From the NCBI GenBank assembly GCA_003241645.1, contig QFOX01000004.1, forward strand, positions 183 to 64,182: 64,000 bases of DNA, in the 5' to 3' direction. Positions within the stretch are counted from its first letter, which is position 1, and every line of letters starts with the position of its first letter. This stretch comes from Azospirillum brasilense. GTDB lineage: Bacteria; Pseudomonadota; Alphaproteobacteria; Rickettsiales; UBA3002. The position numbers and the translations under genes are program-made. This document shows positions 1 to 8,659 of this stretch, in pieces. The notes beneath the pieces were generated by a model, which saw only the letters and a list, made by a program, of their open reading frames with translations, was not told where the DNA came from and ran no database searches.

Positions 1-1298
1 GCCACTTCCGGTGCTTCGCCCTGCGCATTCGCGTAGTAACGGCCCATGATGCCCTGAAGCTCAGGGAATTCACCCACCATGCCGGAGGTTAAGTCGGCTT
101 TGCAGAGATGCGCTGCACGACGCACGAAGCGTTTGTCATCCTGAGCAACGCGAAGGATCTCAGCGGATGCTTCGCTACGCTCAGCATGACAAAGCATATC
201 GACCAGCTGGACTGCCAGCTGTTCAATGCGCTGCACTTTCTCGTTCATCATGCCGACCTTGGCGTGGAACACCACGTCGGCCAGTTTTTCGCCCCAGGCT
301 TCCAGCCGGGTGCTCTTGTCCTGCTCCCAGTAGAATGCGCCGTCGCTCAGGCGGGCACGCAGCACGCGGCTGTTCCCGGCGATCACGGCTTTGCCCTCGT
401 CGGCGGTGATCATGTTCGCCACCGCGATGAACTGGTTGGTCAGCGTGCCGCTGGCGTCGCGCAGCGCGAAGTAGCGCTGGTGCACTTTCATTTCCGAAAT
501 CAGCACTTCCGGCGGCAGGCTCAGGAAGCTGGCATCGAACGTGCCGAGCAGCGGCACGGGCCATTCGACGAGGCCGGTCACTTCATCCAGCAGGGCCGGG
601 TCGTTCACCACTTCGAGATTGTGGTGCTTGGCCAGTTGGGTGATCTCGGTGGCGATCCAGTCACGGCGGGTCGCGGCATTCACCACCACATGCGCGGCTT
701 TGAGTTTGTCTTCGTATTCTTCCGCATGGCGCAGGTGGATAGCGCCGGGTGCAAGGAAACGGTGGCCATAGGTGGTGGCCGCCGCCGTCAGGTGGCCGAA
801 TTGCACGGGCACGATGGCGTCATCCAGCAGGCAGGTGATGGCGTGCAGCGGGCGCACCCAGCGCATGGGGCGGGCTTTGCTGTCGCCCCATTGCATGCTT
901 TTCGGCCAGACGAACGCGGTAAGCGCCGCTTCGGCCACTTCTTTGGCCAGCTCGGCCATGGCGCGGCCCTTCTTTTCGATGCGCGCGAAATAGTACCCGT
1001 CGCGCTGCTCGCACTGTTCGGCGGTGAGGCCCACCGCGTTCAGGAAGCCCTGCATGGCCTGCGCGGGCGCACCCACTTTGGGGCCTTTGCGTTCTTCCGA
1101 AATATCGGGCTGCACCAGCGGCAGGCCGAACAGCTGGATGGCCAGATGGCGCGGCGATACGAAGGTCCTGACCTCGCCATGGGCGATGCCTGCTTTTTCA
1201 AATCCGGCGGCAATGAGGCGCTGCAACTGTTCGCACGCGCCGCGCTGCATGCGCGAGGGGATTTCTTCGGAGAAGAGTTCGAGAAGCAGGGTAGCCAT
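1..1298 (-). CDS. glyS: Glycyl-tRNA synthetase beta subunit, N-terminal part (3' end runs off the window start)
   Basis: Not in the ORF track because there is no stop in the window. Reverse translation from the ATG at 1298-1296 reads MATLLLELFSEEIPSRMQRGACEQLQRL..., the canonical GlyS N-terminus. The + ORF 108..1505 is its antisense shadow. Confidence 0.9.
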   Translation of the reverse strand, partial: MATLLLELFSEEIPSRMQRGACEQLQRLIAAGFEKAGIAHGEVRTFVSPRHLAIQLFGLPLVQPDISEERKGPKVGAPAQAMQGFLNAVGLTAEQCEQRDGYYFARIEKKGRAMAELAKEVAEAALTAFVWPKSMQWGDSKARPMRWVRPLHAITCLLDDAIVPVQFGHLTAAATTYGHRFLAPGAIHLRHAEEYEDKLKAAHVVVNAATRRDWIATEITQLAKHHNLEVVNDPALLDEVTGLVEWPVPLLGTFDASFLSLPPEVLISEMKVHQRYFALRDASGTLTNQFIAVANMITADEGKAVIAGNSRVLRARLSDGAFYWEQDKSTRLEAWGEKLADVVFHAKVGMMNEKVQRIEQLAVQLVDMLCHAERSEASAEILRVAQDDKRFVRRAAHLCKADLTSGMVGEFPELQGIMGRYYANAQGEAPEV

Positions 1299-1309
1299 GA
1301 TTATACCTC

Positions 1310-1412
1310 GTCATTCCAGCGGAAGCTGGAATCCATGAATGGGTGTGCGCCTGCGGCGCAGTGCGCATGGATGCCGGATCGGCACGCGCTGCGCGCATTG
1401 GTCCGGCATGAC
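1310..1412. repeat. 103-bp compound hairpin repeat (GTCATYCC...ATGAC family, subtype D)
   Basis: gtcattccagcggaagctggaatccat hairpin, then gcgcagtgcgc, then ggatgccggatcggcacgcgctgcgcgcattggtccggcatgac. Its reverse complement aligns along its whole length with 54522..54628. Confidence 0.85.
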
Positions 1413-1434
1413 GGCAGTGTAAGCAGGGTAGCCA

Positions 1435-1902
1435 TTAGTTCGTTTTCGCTTTCGTCGGTTTGCGCGCGGCGGTCGTTCGCGCGGCGGGCTTTTTCTTGGC
1501 GCTGACCTGATTGGTCGTGATCTTGCCGGGGCGCGATTTGTTCTCGACCGTGGCGATCTGGTTCTTGGCGTTCACCAGCACCACTTTCGGCTGGTGCTCG
1601 CGCGCGGCTTTCGGCTTCATCTGGCAGAAGGCGCAGATGATGACGAGGTCGCCTTTCTTCACCAGATGTGCAGCGGCACCGTTGATGGTGATCTCGCCCG
1701 AGCCACGCGGCTTCTGCGATTTGATGGCATAGGTGGTGAGGCGATGGCCGTTGGTGATGTTCAGCACATCCACCTGTTCATGTTCCAGAATGCCCGCGGC
1801 TTCCAGCAGCACCGGATCGATGGTGATGGAGCCGTTATAGTCAAGGTCGGCACCCGTGCAGGTGGCACGATGGATTTTGCCTTTCATCATGGTCAGGATC
1901 AT
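1435..1902 (-). CDS. panD: Aspartate 1-decarboxylase with a Lys/Ala/Pro-rich C-terminal extension
   Basis: [29 protein letters not shown] matches the PanD N-terminus, including the Gly-Ser self-processing site. The tail is [26 protein letters not shown] overlap with the upstream gene. Confidence 0.9.
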   Translation of the reverse strand: MILTMMKGKIHRATCTGADLDYNGSITIDPVLLEAAGILEHEQVDVLNITNGHRLTTYAIKSQKPRGSGEITINGAAAHLVKKGDLVIICAFCQMKPKAAREHQPKVVLVNAKNQIATVENKSRPGKITTNQVSAKKKPAARTTAARKPTKAKTN

Positions 1903-2804
1903 TCGCTTGCTCCTTGCTCCACGGTGGGAGCGTCCGTTTTTTTCTTGGCTTTTTTACTGGGCGTGGCCGCCGGTTCGGCCGTTGCGGCGGGCGCGACCAC
2001 GGGCGGGTCCTGCATGTCCGGCGCGACGGCCGCGGGCTCGTTCACGGCGGTGGCGGGGGCTTCCACTTTCGGTGCGCAGTATTGCGCGTCGTTCGCGGCT
2101 TTTGCGTCGCGCGCGATCTGCTCGATCACCTTCCGGTCGGCGCGGATGAGGTTACTCACCGTGCGGCTGGTGGTGTAGCTGAGGATGCTGCCCATGTCGC
2201 GGCCCGTGGTGGGCTTGATGTTCACTTGCTTCGTGGCGTCCTTCGCATCGGCGATGATGAAGGAATCATCCGGCACGGCGCTCATGTCGCCACCGGCTTT
2301 CGCCACGCGGTAGAGGTCGGAGATCTGCAGGTCGGAATAATGTTCGGACAGGAACTTCGCGGTTTCGCGGTTGATGGCGGTGTTGGTCACGCGCTCGCTC
2401 ACCGCGTTGATGATGTCGGTGCGCGTTTGCTTCTCGCCGCAGGCGCTGCCCGCTTCGGGGGCGATCAGCTCGTTCGCTTCCAGCGACACGGCGACGGACG
2501 AACGCGTTAGTTTGGGGTAGGGCGTGAAGAAATGCTCGGCAATGTCGTAGCCCATGGCGAGGCGCTGGTCCTCGGTGAAATACACGTGCTTGGCCACGGT
2601 GGGCGCTTGCGGCGTGACCAGTTTGGCCGCGGCGATGCTGGTCGCTTCTTCCTTCAGCTTGGTCGGCAGGCATTCTTCGTTGCTCAACTGGGCAAGGCCA
2701 CCCGCGAGGCAGTAGGCTGGCTTATACAAAAACTCGCGGCGATCCGCCTCGCCGCAGGCGGCGAGGGTTAAAGTGCTTATTAATAGCCAGATGCGAACTT
2801 TCAT
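1899..2804 (-). CDS. Putative lipoprotein, unknown function
   Basis: The internal ATG at 2804 gives [17 protein letters not shown] (signal peptide plus lipobox). No recognisable domain. C-terminus is [14 protein letters not shown] start/stop overlaps on both sides. Confidence 0.6.
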   Translation of the reverse strand: MKVRIWLLISTLTLAACGEADRREFLYKPAYCLAGGLAQLSNEECLPTKLKEEATSIAAAKLVTPQAPTVAKHVYFTEDQRLAMGYDIAEHFFTPYPKLTRSSVAVSLEANELIAPEAGSACGEKQTRTDIINAVSERVTNTAINRETAKFLSEHYSDLQISDLYRVAKAGGDMSAVPDDSFIIADAKDATKQVNIKPTTGRDMGSILSYTTSRTVSNLIRADRKVIEQIARDAKAANDAQYCAPKVEAPATAVNEPAAVAPDMQDPPVVAPAATAEPAATPSKKAKKKTDAPTVEQGASE

Positions 2805-3022
2805 TTTGTACCCTGTGTACTGGTAGCAGGGGTTGATGTCTGACGTTCTGGTAATCCAGGCGCACAATCTTTCACATTGCCACGACCCATAAAGTCAAAT
2901 GGGAAGACCGTAGCACCTAAGCAGGTGCTTTCAGGGTTCCTACGTTCATGTCCAACGTACGGGATGCACGCAGTCAGCATTACGCTTATTACGAAAACGG
3001 ATGTTATGAAGCGGAGTTCCAT
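2801..3022 (-). CDS. Small putative lipoprotein (73 aa), visibly low GC
   Basis: MELRFITSVFVISVMLTAC has a lipobox-like N-terminus. Its ATG directly abuts the glyQ TAG stop (TAGATG). Local GC is clearly below the flanks. Confidence 0.4.
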   Translation of the reverse strand: MELRFITSVFVISVMLTACIPYVGHERRNPESTCLGATVFPFDFMGRGNVKDCAPGLPERQTSTPATSTQGTK

Positions 3023-4021
3023 CTACGCCGCCTCCTGCGTTTGGCTTTGCACCCACGCTTCGCAGCAGGCTTTCGCCATGGCGCGCACGCGGCCGATATA
3101 GGCGGCGCGCTCGGTCACGCCGATAACGCCGCGCGCATCCAGCAGGTTGAAACGGTGCGATGCCTTGATGCACTGGTCGTAGGCGGGCAGGGCGAGGGTC
3201 GCGCTGCGCGCATTGCTGTGCGCCAGCAGGCGTTTGCATTCGGCCTCGGCGGCATTGAACTGCTCGAACAGCTGCGCGGTGTCAGCCGCCTCGAGGTTGT
3301 AGGCGCTGAACTCGACCTCGTTCTGCTTGAACACGTCGCCGTAGGTGAAGTGAGTGGGGAGTGGGGAGTGGGGAGTGGTGGGTGTTGATGCACTGCCTTG
3401 CGTAGCGCCATCGCTGCGCGAGCCGCTGGCGGCGGGGGGGAGCGAAGCGTGGGGGGTAAGGCCCCCCTCAGGTACAAAATTCCACCCCAGGTCGTACACA
3501 TTCTCAACACCCTGAATGTACATGGCGAGGCGCTCAAGCCCATAGGTCAGCTCGCCGGAGATGGGGCTGCATTCGATGCCGCCGACCTGCTGGAAGTAGG
3601 TGAACTGGGTGACTTCCATGCCGTCGCACCAGACTTCCCAGCCAAGGCCCCAGGCGCCCAGCGTGGGGCTTTCCCAGTCGTCTTCCACGAAGCGGATGTC
3701 GTGCTTTTTGGGGTCGATGCCCAGCTCCACCAGCGAATCGAGGTACAGCTGCTGGATGTTGTCGGGCGAGGGTTTCAGGATCACCTGGAACTGGTAGTAA
3801 TGCTGCAGGCGGTTGGGGTTCTCGCCATAGCGGCCATCTTTCGGGCGGCGCGAAGGCTGCACATAGGCGCAGTTCCACGGCTTGGGGCCCAGCGTGCGCA
3901 GGGTGGTGGCCGGGTGGAACGTGCCTGCCCCCACTTCCATGTCATAGGGTTGCAGGATCACACAGCCCTGACGCGCCCAGTAGTTCTGGAGGGTCAGGAT
4001 AATATCTTGGAACGATTTCAT
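3023..4021 (-). CDS. glyQ: Glycyl-tRNA synthetase alpha subunit carrying an in-frame repeat insertion
   Basis: [42 protein letters not shown]... is the canonical GlyQ. An extra ~40 residues lie between VYDLGWN and FTYGDVF. Confidence 0.95.
   Translation of the reverse strand: MKSFQDIILTLQNYWARQGCVILQPYDMEVGAGTFHPATTLRTLGPKPWNCAYVQPSRRPKDGRYGENPNRLQHYYQFQVILKPSPDNIQQLYLDSLVELGIDPKKHDIRFVEDDWESPTLGAWGLGWEVWCDGMEVTQFTYFQQVGGIECSPISGELTYGLERLAMYIQGVENVYDLGWNFVPEGGLTPHASLPPAASGSRSDGATQGSASTPTTPHSPLPTHFTYGDVFKQNEVEFSAYNLEAADTAQLFEQFNAAEAECKRLLAHSNARSATLALPAYDQCIKASHRFNLLDARGVIGVTERAAYIGRVRAMAKACCEAWVQSQTQEAA
3352..3379. repeat. Tandem heptamer (gagtggg)x3 plus one imperfect copy inside glyQ
   Basis: Read directly: gagtggg gagtggg gagtggg gagtggt. 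It encodes part of [12 protein letters not shown] on the minus strand. Confidence 0.9.
3385..3471 (-). repeat. 87-bp GC-rich palindromic repeat, family A, copy in glyQ
   Basis: The reverse complement ctgaggggggccttaccccccacgcttcgctcccccccgccgccagcggctcgcgcagcgatggcgctacgcaaggcagtgcatcaa matches 13154..13239 at 80 of 87 positions without gaps (hand alignment). Confidence 0.9.
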
Positions 4022-4129
4022 GCGCGCGTGTGTAGCGCGCGGGGGGGCGGAACGCAAGCGCAACAACGCATTTCTGGTGGCGGGCGTTCGCAGAACAAGA
4101 GAGGGAGAGCCGAGGCTCTCCCAATCCCG

Positions 4130-4519
4130 TTACTTGGCATAGGCGCTCCAATAGAGTCCTACCAGCAGTAACCCCAATCCCGTCCAGCGTATGGCCTCCA
4201 GCGTGGTGGCATAGCGAAACAGGTGGGGATAGAGATGCCGGGATCGTTTTTTCACGTCCAGCTCCCGATACAGGTTCGAATGCCGCAGGCTCAGGCGTAC
4301 CTGACGGTAGCTGCTGTCATACATGCTGCCATGCTGACGGACGCGGCGCATGATCCAGTACTCGTTCTTGAGCATCAGGATCAGGAAAGCACCACCCCCT
4401 GCAACCATCGGCAGTGCAAGTGCGATGGCGTTCGGACCTAGAAAATGAAGGATAACAGCATAGAGCACCGTCAGGGTCGCGGCAATGAACATACCGGACC
4501 AAACATGCTTATACGGCAT
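4130..4519 (-). CDS. Hypothetical membrane protein (about 3 TM segments)
   Basis: The ATG at 4519 is preceded by aaggaag. The protein reads MPYKHVWSGMFIAATLTVLYAVILHFLGPNAIALALPMVAGGGAFLILML. GC is lower than the neighbours. Confidence 0.55.
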   Translation of the reverse strand: MPYKHVWSGMFIAATLTVLYAVILHFLGPNAIALALPMVAGGGAFLILMLKNEYWIMRRVRQHGSMYDSSYRQVRLSLRHSNLYRELDVKKRSRHLYPHLFRYATTLEAIRWTGLGLLLVGLYWSAYAK

Positions 4520-4673
4520 GGATTCTTCCTTTTCACACACCAACCTATCCCACAAAAGCAGGATGATTTTACGCGCTAATTACAAGGGTAAGAAGGCGAG
4601 GTTGAACGCGTGCGCCTAACAGGGCTTCGCGTCAGTTTTATGACGGAACGGACAAAAAATGCTGCGTTGCAGC

Positions 4674-5357
4674 TTACGCGTGGCCCACGGTGGTGCTGAA
4701 GAAGGCCATGTCCACCCCGAGCGATTTGCTGGCGGTGGCCCATTTCAGCTCGTTCTCGGTGCCGAACACCAGCTCCGGCGTGGCGGGCACGGTGATCCAG
4801 CTGTTCTGCTCGATCTCGGCTTCCAGCTGCCCGGCGGTCCAGCCTGCGTAGCCCACGGCCAGCATGGCGTTGCGCGGGCCGTTACCCTCGACAATGTCAT
4901 TCAGGATGGCGCTGGAGGCGGTCACCGCCAGTTCGCCCGCACGGGCGAGGGTGAAATCCCGCGTGTAGTCGGTGGAATGGATCACAAAACCGCGCGCGCG
5001 CTCCAGCGGCCCGCCGAAATATACGGGCAGTTCGCGCTCGCCCACGGCTTTGGGCAGGTCCATGCCTTCCAGCAGGGCGGAGTAATTGATCATCTCCAGC
5101 GACTGGTTGACGATGAGGCCCATGGTGCCTTCGCTGTTATGCGCGAAGATGTAGACCACGGATTTCTGGAAGCAGCCCGTGTTGATGACGGGCGTGGCCA
5201 CCAGCAGCTGTCCGGCGAGGTAGCCGGGCTTGGTGCGGCCATCAAGAATGTTGGGGCTTTGGATATTGGCGGCATTCAGCGCAATATCGGCATGCGGGGC
5301 GGAAGGCTGCGAGGTGTCGCGGGTGAACATATGATGTACCGAACGAATGAATTTCAT
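4674..5357 (-). CDS. yqgE: YqgE/AlgH family protein (UPF0301)
   Basis: GYLAGQLLVATPVINTGCFQKSVVYIFAHNSEGTMGLIVNQ is the family signature. Start chosen at MKFIRS (ATG with an upstream GGAG). Confidence 0.8.
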   Translation of the reverse strand: MKFIRSVHHMFTRDTSQPSAPHADIALNAANIQSPNILDGRTKPGYLAGQLLVATPVINTGCFQKSVVYIFAHNSEGTMGLIVNQSLEMINYSALLEGMDLPKAVGERELPVYFGGPLERARGFVIHSTDYTRDFTLARAGELAVTASSAILNDIVEGNGPRNAMLAVGYAGWTAGQLEAEIEQNSWITVPATPELVFGTENELKWATASKSLGVDMAFFSTTVGHA

Positions 5358-5458
5358 GATCCGTCTAGAGCTCCGCACGTTTCTTGTTTTATGAGTCTTA
5401 ACCTACCATGTAGGCAGCGTTGCTCCAACTACAATAGGTGCGCGCGGCGCAGATAATT

Positions 5459-6331
5459 TTATTGATTCTCGCGTGCTGCTCTGAACTGCGCGAGTTTGGG
5501 CTGCAGCCACGCCGGCAGCTTCAACATAACCGGTCGATTATCCACAGTGATGGGGGTGTTGGCGCGCAGGGCGGCTTCCACTTCTTCGAACTTCAGCAGC
5601 GCAAGCCCGCACGGCCCTTGGCTGCCGCGCAGCGTGCCCAGCGCCACGGTGCCCGCCATGACCGGCGTGCCGAAGGCAGGCAAGGCAGCATCGCCCTGCA
5701 CGCCGTAGAATCCCTTACGCGCGATGTTCTTGTAATGCATGCGCGCGGTCACTTCCTGCCCCACATAGCAGCCTTTGGTGAAGCTGATGGCGCCGAGCGC
5801 GTCGAGCCCCGCATCCATCGCCACATCGTCGAGCATGTCGGTGCTGTCGGGCACGCCAAGGCTGATGCGGTGCTGGTGGTATGCCTCCATGCTGGCGGTG
5901 TTTTTGACGCTCAGCTCCGCATCATGCAAATAGAGCCGTTCGCCAAGCTCGGCGGCGCGCGGGTCGGTCACCAGCACCACGCCCTTCTTGGCGGTGCAGT
6001 GGCCCACGGCGGGGTGTTCGGCACGGGTGCGATAGGCCACGCGCCAGTCGGCGCTGGCGTCGCGCAGCGCCACTTTGGCGCGCAATTTATACATGCTGAG
6101 TTTCTTCAGCAGCGTGTCTTTCTGGGCCGCGGCAATGTCCATGAGAATGGCGTCGCCCTGCGCGAACAGGAAGAAATCATGCTGCACCTTGCCCTGCGGC
6201 GAAAGCAGCGCCGCATAGAGCGCGCGTTCCGGCTTCAGGTGCGTGGCGTCCTGCGTGATCAGCCCCTGAAGGAAGCTGACGCGGTCTTCGCCCGTGATCT
6301 CCAGCAGCGCGCGTGTGGTGTCGGTATGCAT
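5459..6331 (-). CDS. ygfZ: Folate-binding YgfZ-type protein (aminomethyltransferase-like)
   Basis: LEITGEDRVSFLQGLITQD at the N-terminus and the KGCYVGQEVTARM motif near the C-terminus. Confidence 0.85.
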   Translation of the reverse strand: MHTDTTRALLEITGEDRVSFLQGLITQDATHLKPERALYAALLSPQGKVQHDFFLFAQGDAILMDIAAAQKDTLLKKLSMYKLRAKVALRDASADWRVAYRTRAEHPAVGHCTAKKGVVLVTDPRAAELGERLYLHDAELSVKNTASMEAYHQHRISLGVPDSTDMLDDVAMDAGLDALGAISFTKGCYVGQEVTARMHYKNIARKGFYGVQGDAALPAFGTPVMAGTVALGTLRGSQGPCGLALLKFEEVEAALRANTPITVDNRPVMLKLPAWLQPKLAQFRAARENQ

Positions 6332-6355
6332 GCGGGCAAGATAGTCCTCGCGGCG

Positions 6356-7387
6356 TTAATTTCCAGTGCGGATTGCGGCAAGCGCCACGCGCAGGCGTGC
6401 GGCCATGGCGTCGGGGCTGTAGAGGGTGCCCGCATCATGCTTGGCGGCTTCGCCCAGCGCCCGGGCGCGCTCGGGGTCGGCCAGCAGGGTGGCGATGGCA
6501 TCGGCCAGTGCGGCGGCGTCGCCCAGCGGGGTGAGCAGCCCGTTCTCGCCGGGCTGGATGATCTCGCGCGGGCCTTCCGACGCGGTGGCCACCACCGGCA
6601 AACGCTGGTCCATCGCCTCGATGAGGACGATGCCGAACGGCTCATGGTGCGAGGGCAGCACGAACACGTCCAGCGCATCGAACCATGCCTGCTTGTCGGC
6701 CACCCAGCCGGGCATGGTGAGCGTGCCTTCAAGCCCGGCGTCGCACAGCATCTGGCGCAGGGTCGGCTCTTCGTCGCCACCACCACCGAGGGTGGCCTCG
6801 AATGCAATGCCCCGTTCCTTCAGGATGGCGCAGGCGCGGATATACACGTCGAACGCTTTCTTGGGCACGAAGCGGCCCATGCTGCCAATGCGCGGCGGCG
6901 TGCGGAAGGCCGGGCGGGGCGGCACATCGGTGGGGCGCACCATGTTGGGCATCAAATGGATGCGGGCATTCGCGATGCCGTTGGCCTGCAGCGCCTGCGC
7001 GCCATGTTCGGTGATGGCAAAGCAGGCATCGGCCCGGTGGAAACGTTTGGTGTGGTAGTTATGGCCGATCGCCACGATCTTCACGCCGCGCGTGCGCGCC
7101 AGCAGCGCCAGCGCCAGTGCGCGGTTGCCGTGGCACAGCAGCACCGAGGCGCTATGCGCGCGAATATGCTTGCGCAGGCGCGCCGCGGCCAGCAGGTCCC
7201 ATCCGCCGCGCTGGCTGAGGGTGGAGAAGGGTTGCTGCGCCAGCGTGAAAGCCTCCGCCGCCCAGCTGCCCTGCGCCAGAATGCTGTGCGTGGGCTCGCC
7301 CGCGCGCTGCAGCGCCTCGGCATAGTCGAGTGCGGCCTGTTCCAGCCCGCCGCGTTTCTTGCCCAGCATAAGGTTCAATACCGTCAT
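6356..7387 (-). CDS. Glycosyltransferase family 4 (GT-B, group 1)
   Basis: Start at MTVLNLMLGKKRGGLEQAALDY. EPFGIVLIEAMDQRLPVVATASEGPREII is the E-x7-E region. Confidence 0.8.
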   Translation of the reverse strand: MTVLNLMLGKKRGGLEQAALDYAEALQRAGEPTHSILAQGSWAAEAFTLAQQPFSTLSQRGGWDLLAAARLRKHIRAHSASVLLCHGNRALALALLARTRGVKIVAIGHNYHTKRFHRADACFAITEHGAQALQANGIANARIHLMPNMVRPTDVPPRPAFRTPPRIGSMGRFVPKKAFDVYIRACAILKERGIAFEATLGGGGDEEPTLRQMLCDAGLEGTLTMPGWVADKQAWFDALDVFVLPSHHEPFGIVLIEAMDQRLPVVATASEGPREIIQPGENGLLTPLGDAAALADAIATLLADPERARALGEAAKHDAGTLYSPDAMAARLRVALAAIRTGN

Positions 7388-7436
7388 GCGTTGGCAGTAG
7401 CGCGGGGCAGCGCCCCCGCACAAGGAATATTTCGTT

Positions 7437-7712
7437 TTAGTGGATGAGTAGCGAGCCGCGGCTGAAGGTAAAGCCCGGCGGGGCGATGAATTCGGCATGG
7501 CCCACCTGCACGGAATGGATCTTGCCATCCAGCTCGCGGTTCCAGAAATCGAGGAATTTATTCAGGATCGGGAATTTGGGGGCCAGATCGAGCTGCTGCC
7601 AGACGAAGCTCTGCAGCAGTGACGGGTGGTCGGGCAGGTGGTACAGGATCTCGGCGGTGGTGAGCCGGTAATCGCGCAGCATCAGCTGCAATTCATGCGG
7701 TTCGTGCTTCAT
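7437..7712 (-). CDS. Usg-like family protein
   Basis: YRLTTAEILYHLPDHPSLLQSFVWQQLDLAPKFPILNKFLDFWNRELDGKIHSV matches the alphaproteobacterial Usg-like family as I remember it. Confidence 0.7.
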   Translation of the reverse strand: MKHEPHELQLMLRDYRLTTAEILYHLPDHPSLLQSFVWQQLDLAPKFPILNKFLDFWNRELDGKIHSVQVGHAEFIAPPGFTFSRGSLLIH

Positions 7713-7821
7713 ACATCCTCCATCCTACATGGACTGCGCCTGCCATAGCTTGGCGGGTGGGGCATGGCGCCCATCGTATGAGTATAGCCTGCCAGCGGTT
7801 AAAAAACCGTGAAGCCCGCGG

Positions 7822-8559
7822 CTACTGGTAGGTCATGACCAGCGCGCAGGCATCGCGCGTGTCGGTGATCTGGAAGGTGTCGCCAATGGGGTCGCTGTTG
7901 GTGCCGGCGTTGTTCACGCAGTTGCTGACGTTCCAGTAGGTGCGCAGGCTGCCCGTGCCGGGGTGGCCGTTATCGAATTTGGTGTCGATCTTGTTGGCTT
8001 GGCGCGGGCTCATGAAGCCGCCGATGGGCAGGGTGTTGCCGCCGCCATCCATGCCGATGGCCACGAACGTGCCATAGAACCCGTCGTAATGGCGGGCGTT
8101 GCCGCTGAAGTAACCGCCCGCATTGGCAGAGTTAATGAAAAGCCCTACGTTTTTCATGGCAAGCGCGGGAATGTTCGAGCCGATATCGCCATCCTGCGTG
8201 CCGGCGCTGCCCGCCGCGCCTGTGTAGCTGCCGGTGATGGTGCCGGCGCGTACCATGTGGTCGAAGGCGGTGAAATATTCGCTCAGCGTGCTGCCCACGA
8301 TGTTATTGGCGTCGCCATTCGTGGCGCTCGCCCAATAGCTGGTGGCGTTGCCGAGGTCGCCCGGCAGGCCCTGATAGGTGCGTTCGAACTGCTTCATGGC
8401 GTTGAGGTAATATTTGCCCTCGTTCACCACGGTGGTCAGTTCCGCATTGCGCAGGTACGACTGCGTGGCGAGGATGCCGCCCACCAGCAGCCCGATGATG
8501 GACAGCACAATGGAAAGTTCCAGCAGCGAAAATGCCGCGCGGCGGGGTGAGGGGGGCAT
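7822..8559 (-). CDS. Prepilin-type N-terminal domain protein (pilin/pseudopilin-like), paralogue A
   Basis: The ATG at 8559 gives MPPSPRRAA-FSLLELSIVLSIIGLLVGGILA (class III signal, Glu at +5, Ala instead of Gly at -1). Paralogous to 40876..41667. Confidence 0.7.
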   Translation of the reverse strand: MPPSPRRAAFSLLELSIVLSIIGLLVGGILATQSYLRNAELTTVVNEGKYYLNAMKQFERTYQGLPGDLGNATSYWASATNGDANNIVGSTLSEYFTAFDHMVRAGTITGSYTGAAGSAGTQDGDIGSNIPALAMKNVGLFINSANAGGYFSGNARHYDGFYGTFVAIGMDGGGNTLPIGGFMSPRQANKIDTKFDNGHPGTGSLRTYWNVSNCVNNAGTNSDPIGDTFQITDTRDACALVMTYQ

Positions 8560-8659
8560 GTGGGAAAGTTCAGTCACCAGCGTAGTATACACGATCCGCA
8601 ATGCAACGCAGCAGGATTTCTTTTGTTTTACGGCATGGGAATTGCTAGAATAGCCGGTG

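Noticed and set aside
108-1505. 465-aa + strand ORF at the window start
   Set aside because: It is antisense to an unmistakable glyS N-terminus. The composition is R/A/G/H-rich, typical of high-GC shadow ORFs, and it runs through the repeat at 1310-1412.
5538-5546. Perfect DnaA box TTATCCACA inside ygfZ
   Set aside because: It is isolated, lies within coding sequence and has no AT-rich tract or companion boxes. It is noted because it weakens the statistical argument for the cluster at 38121-38258.
5438-7447. 669-aa + strand ORF
   Set aside because: It is antisense to ygfZ and the glycosyltransferase, both with clear family motifs. It is a shadow ORF.
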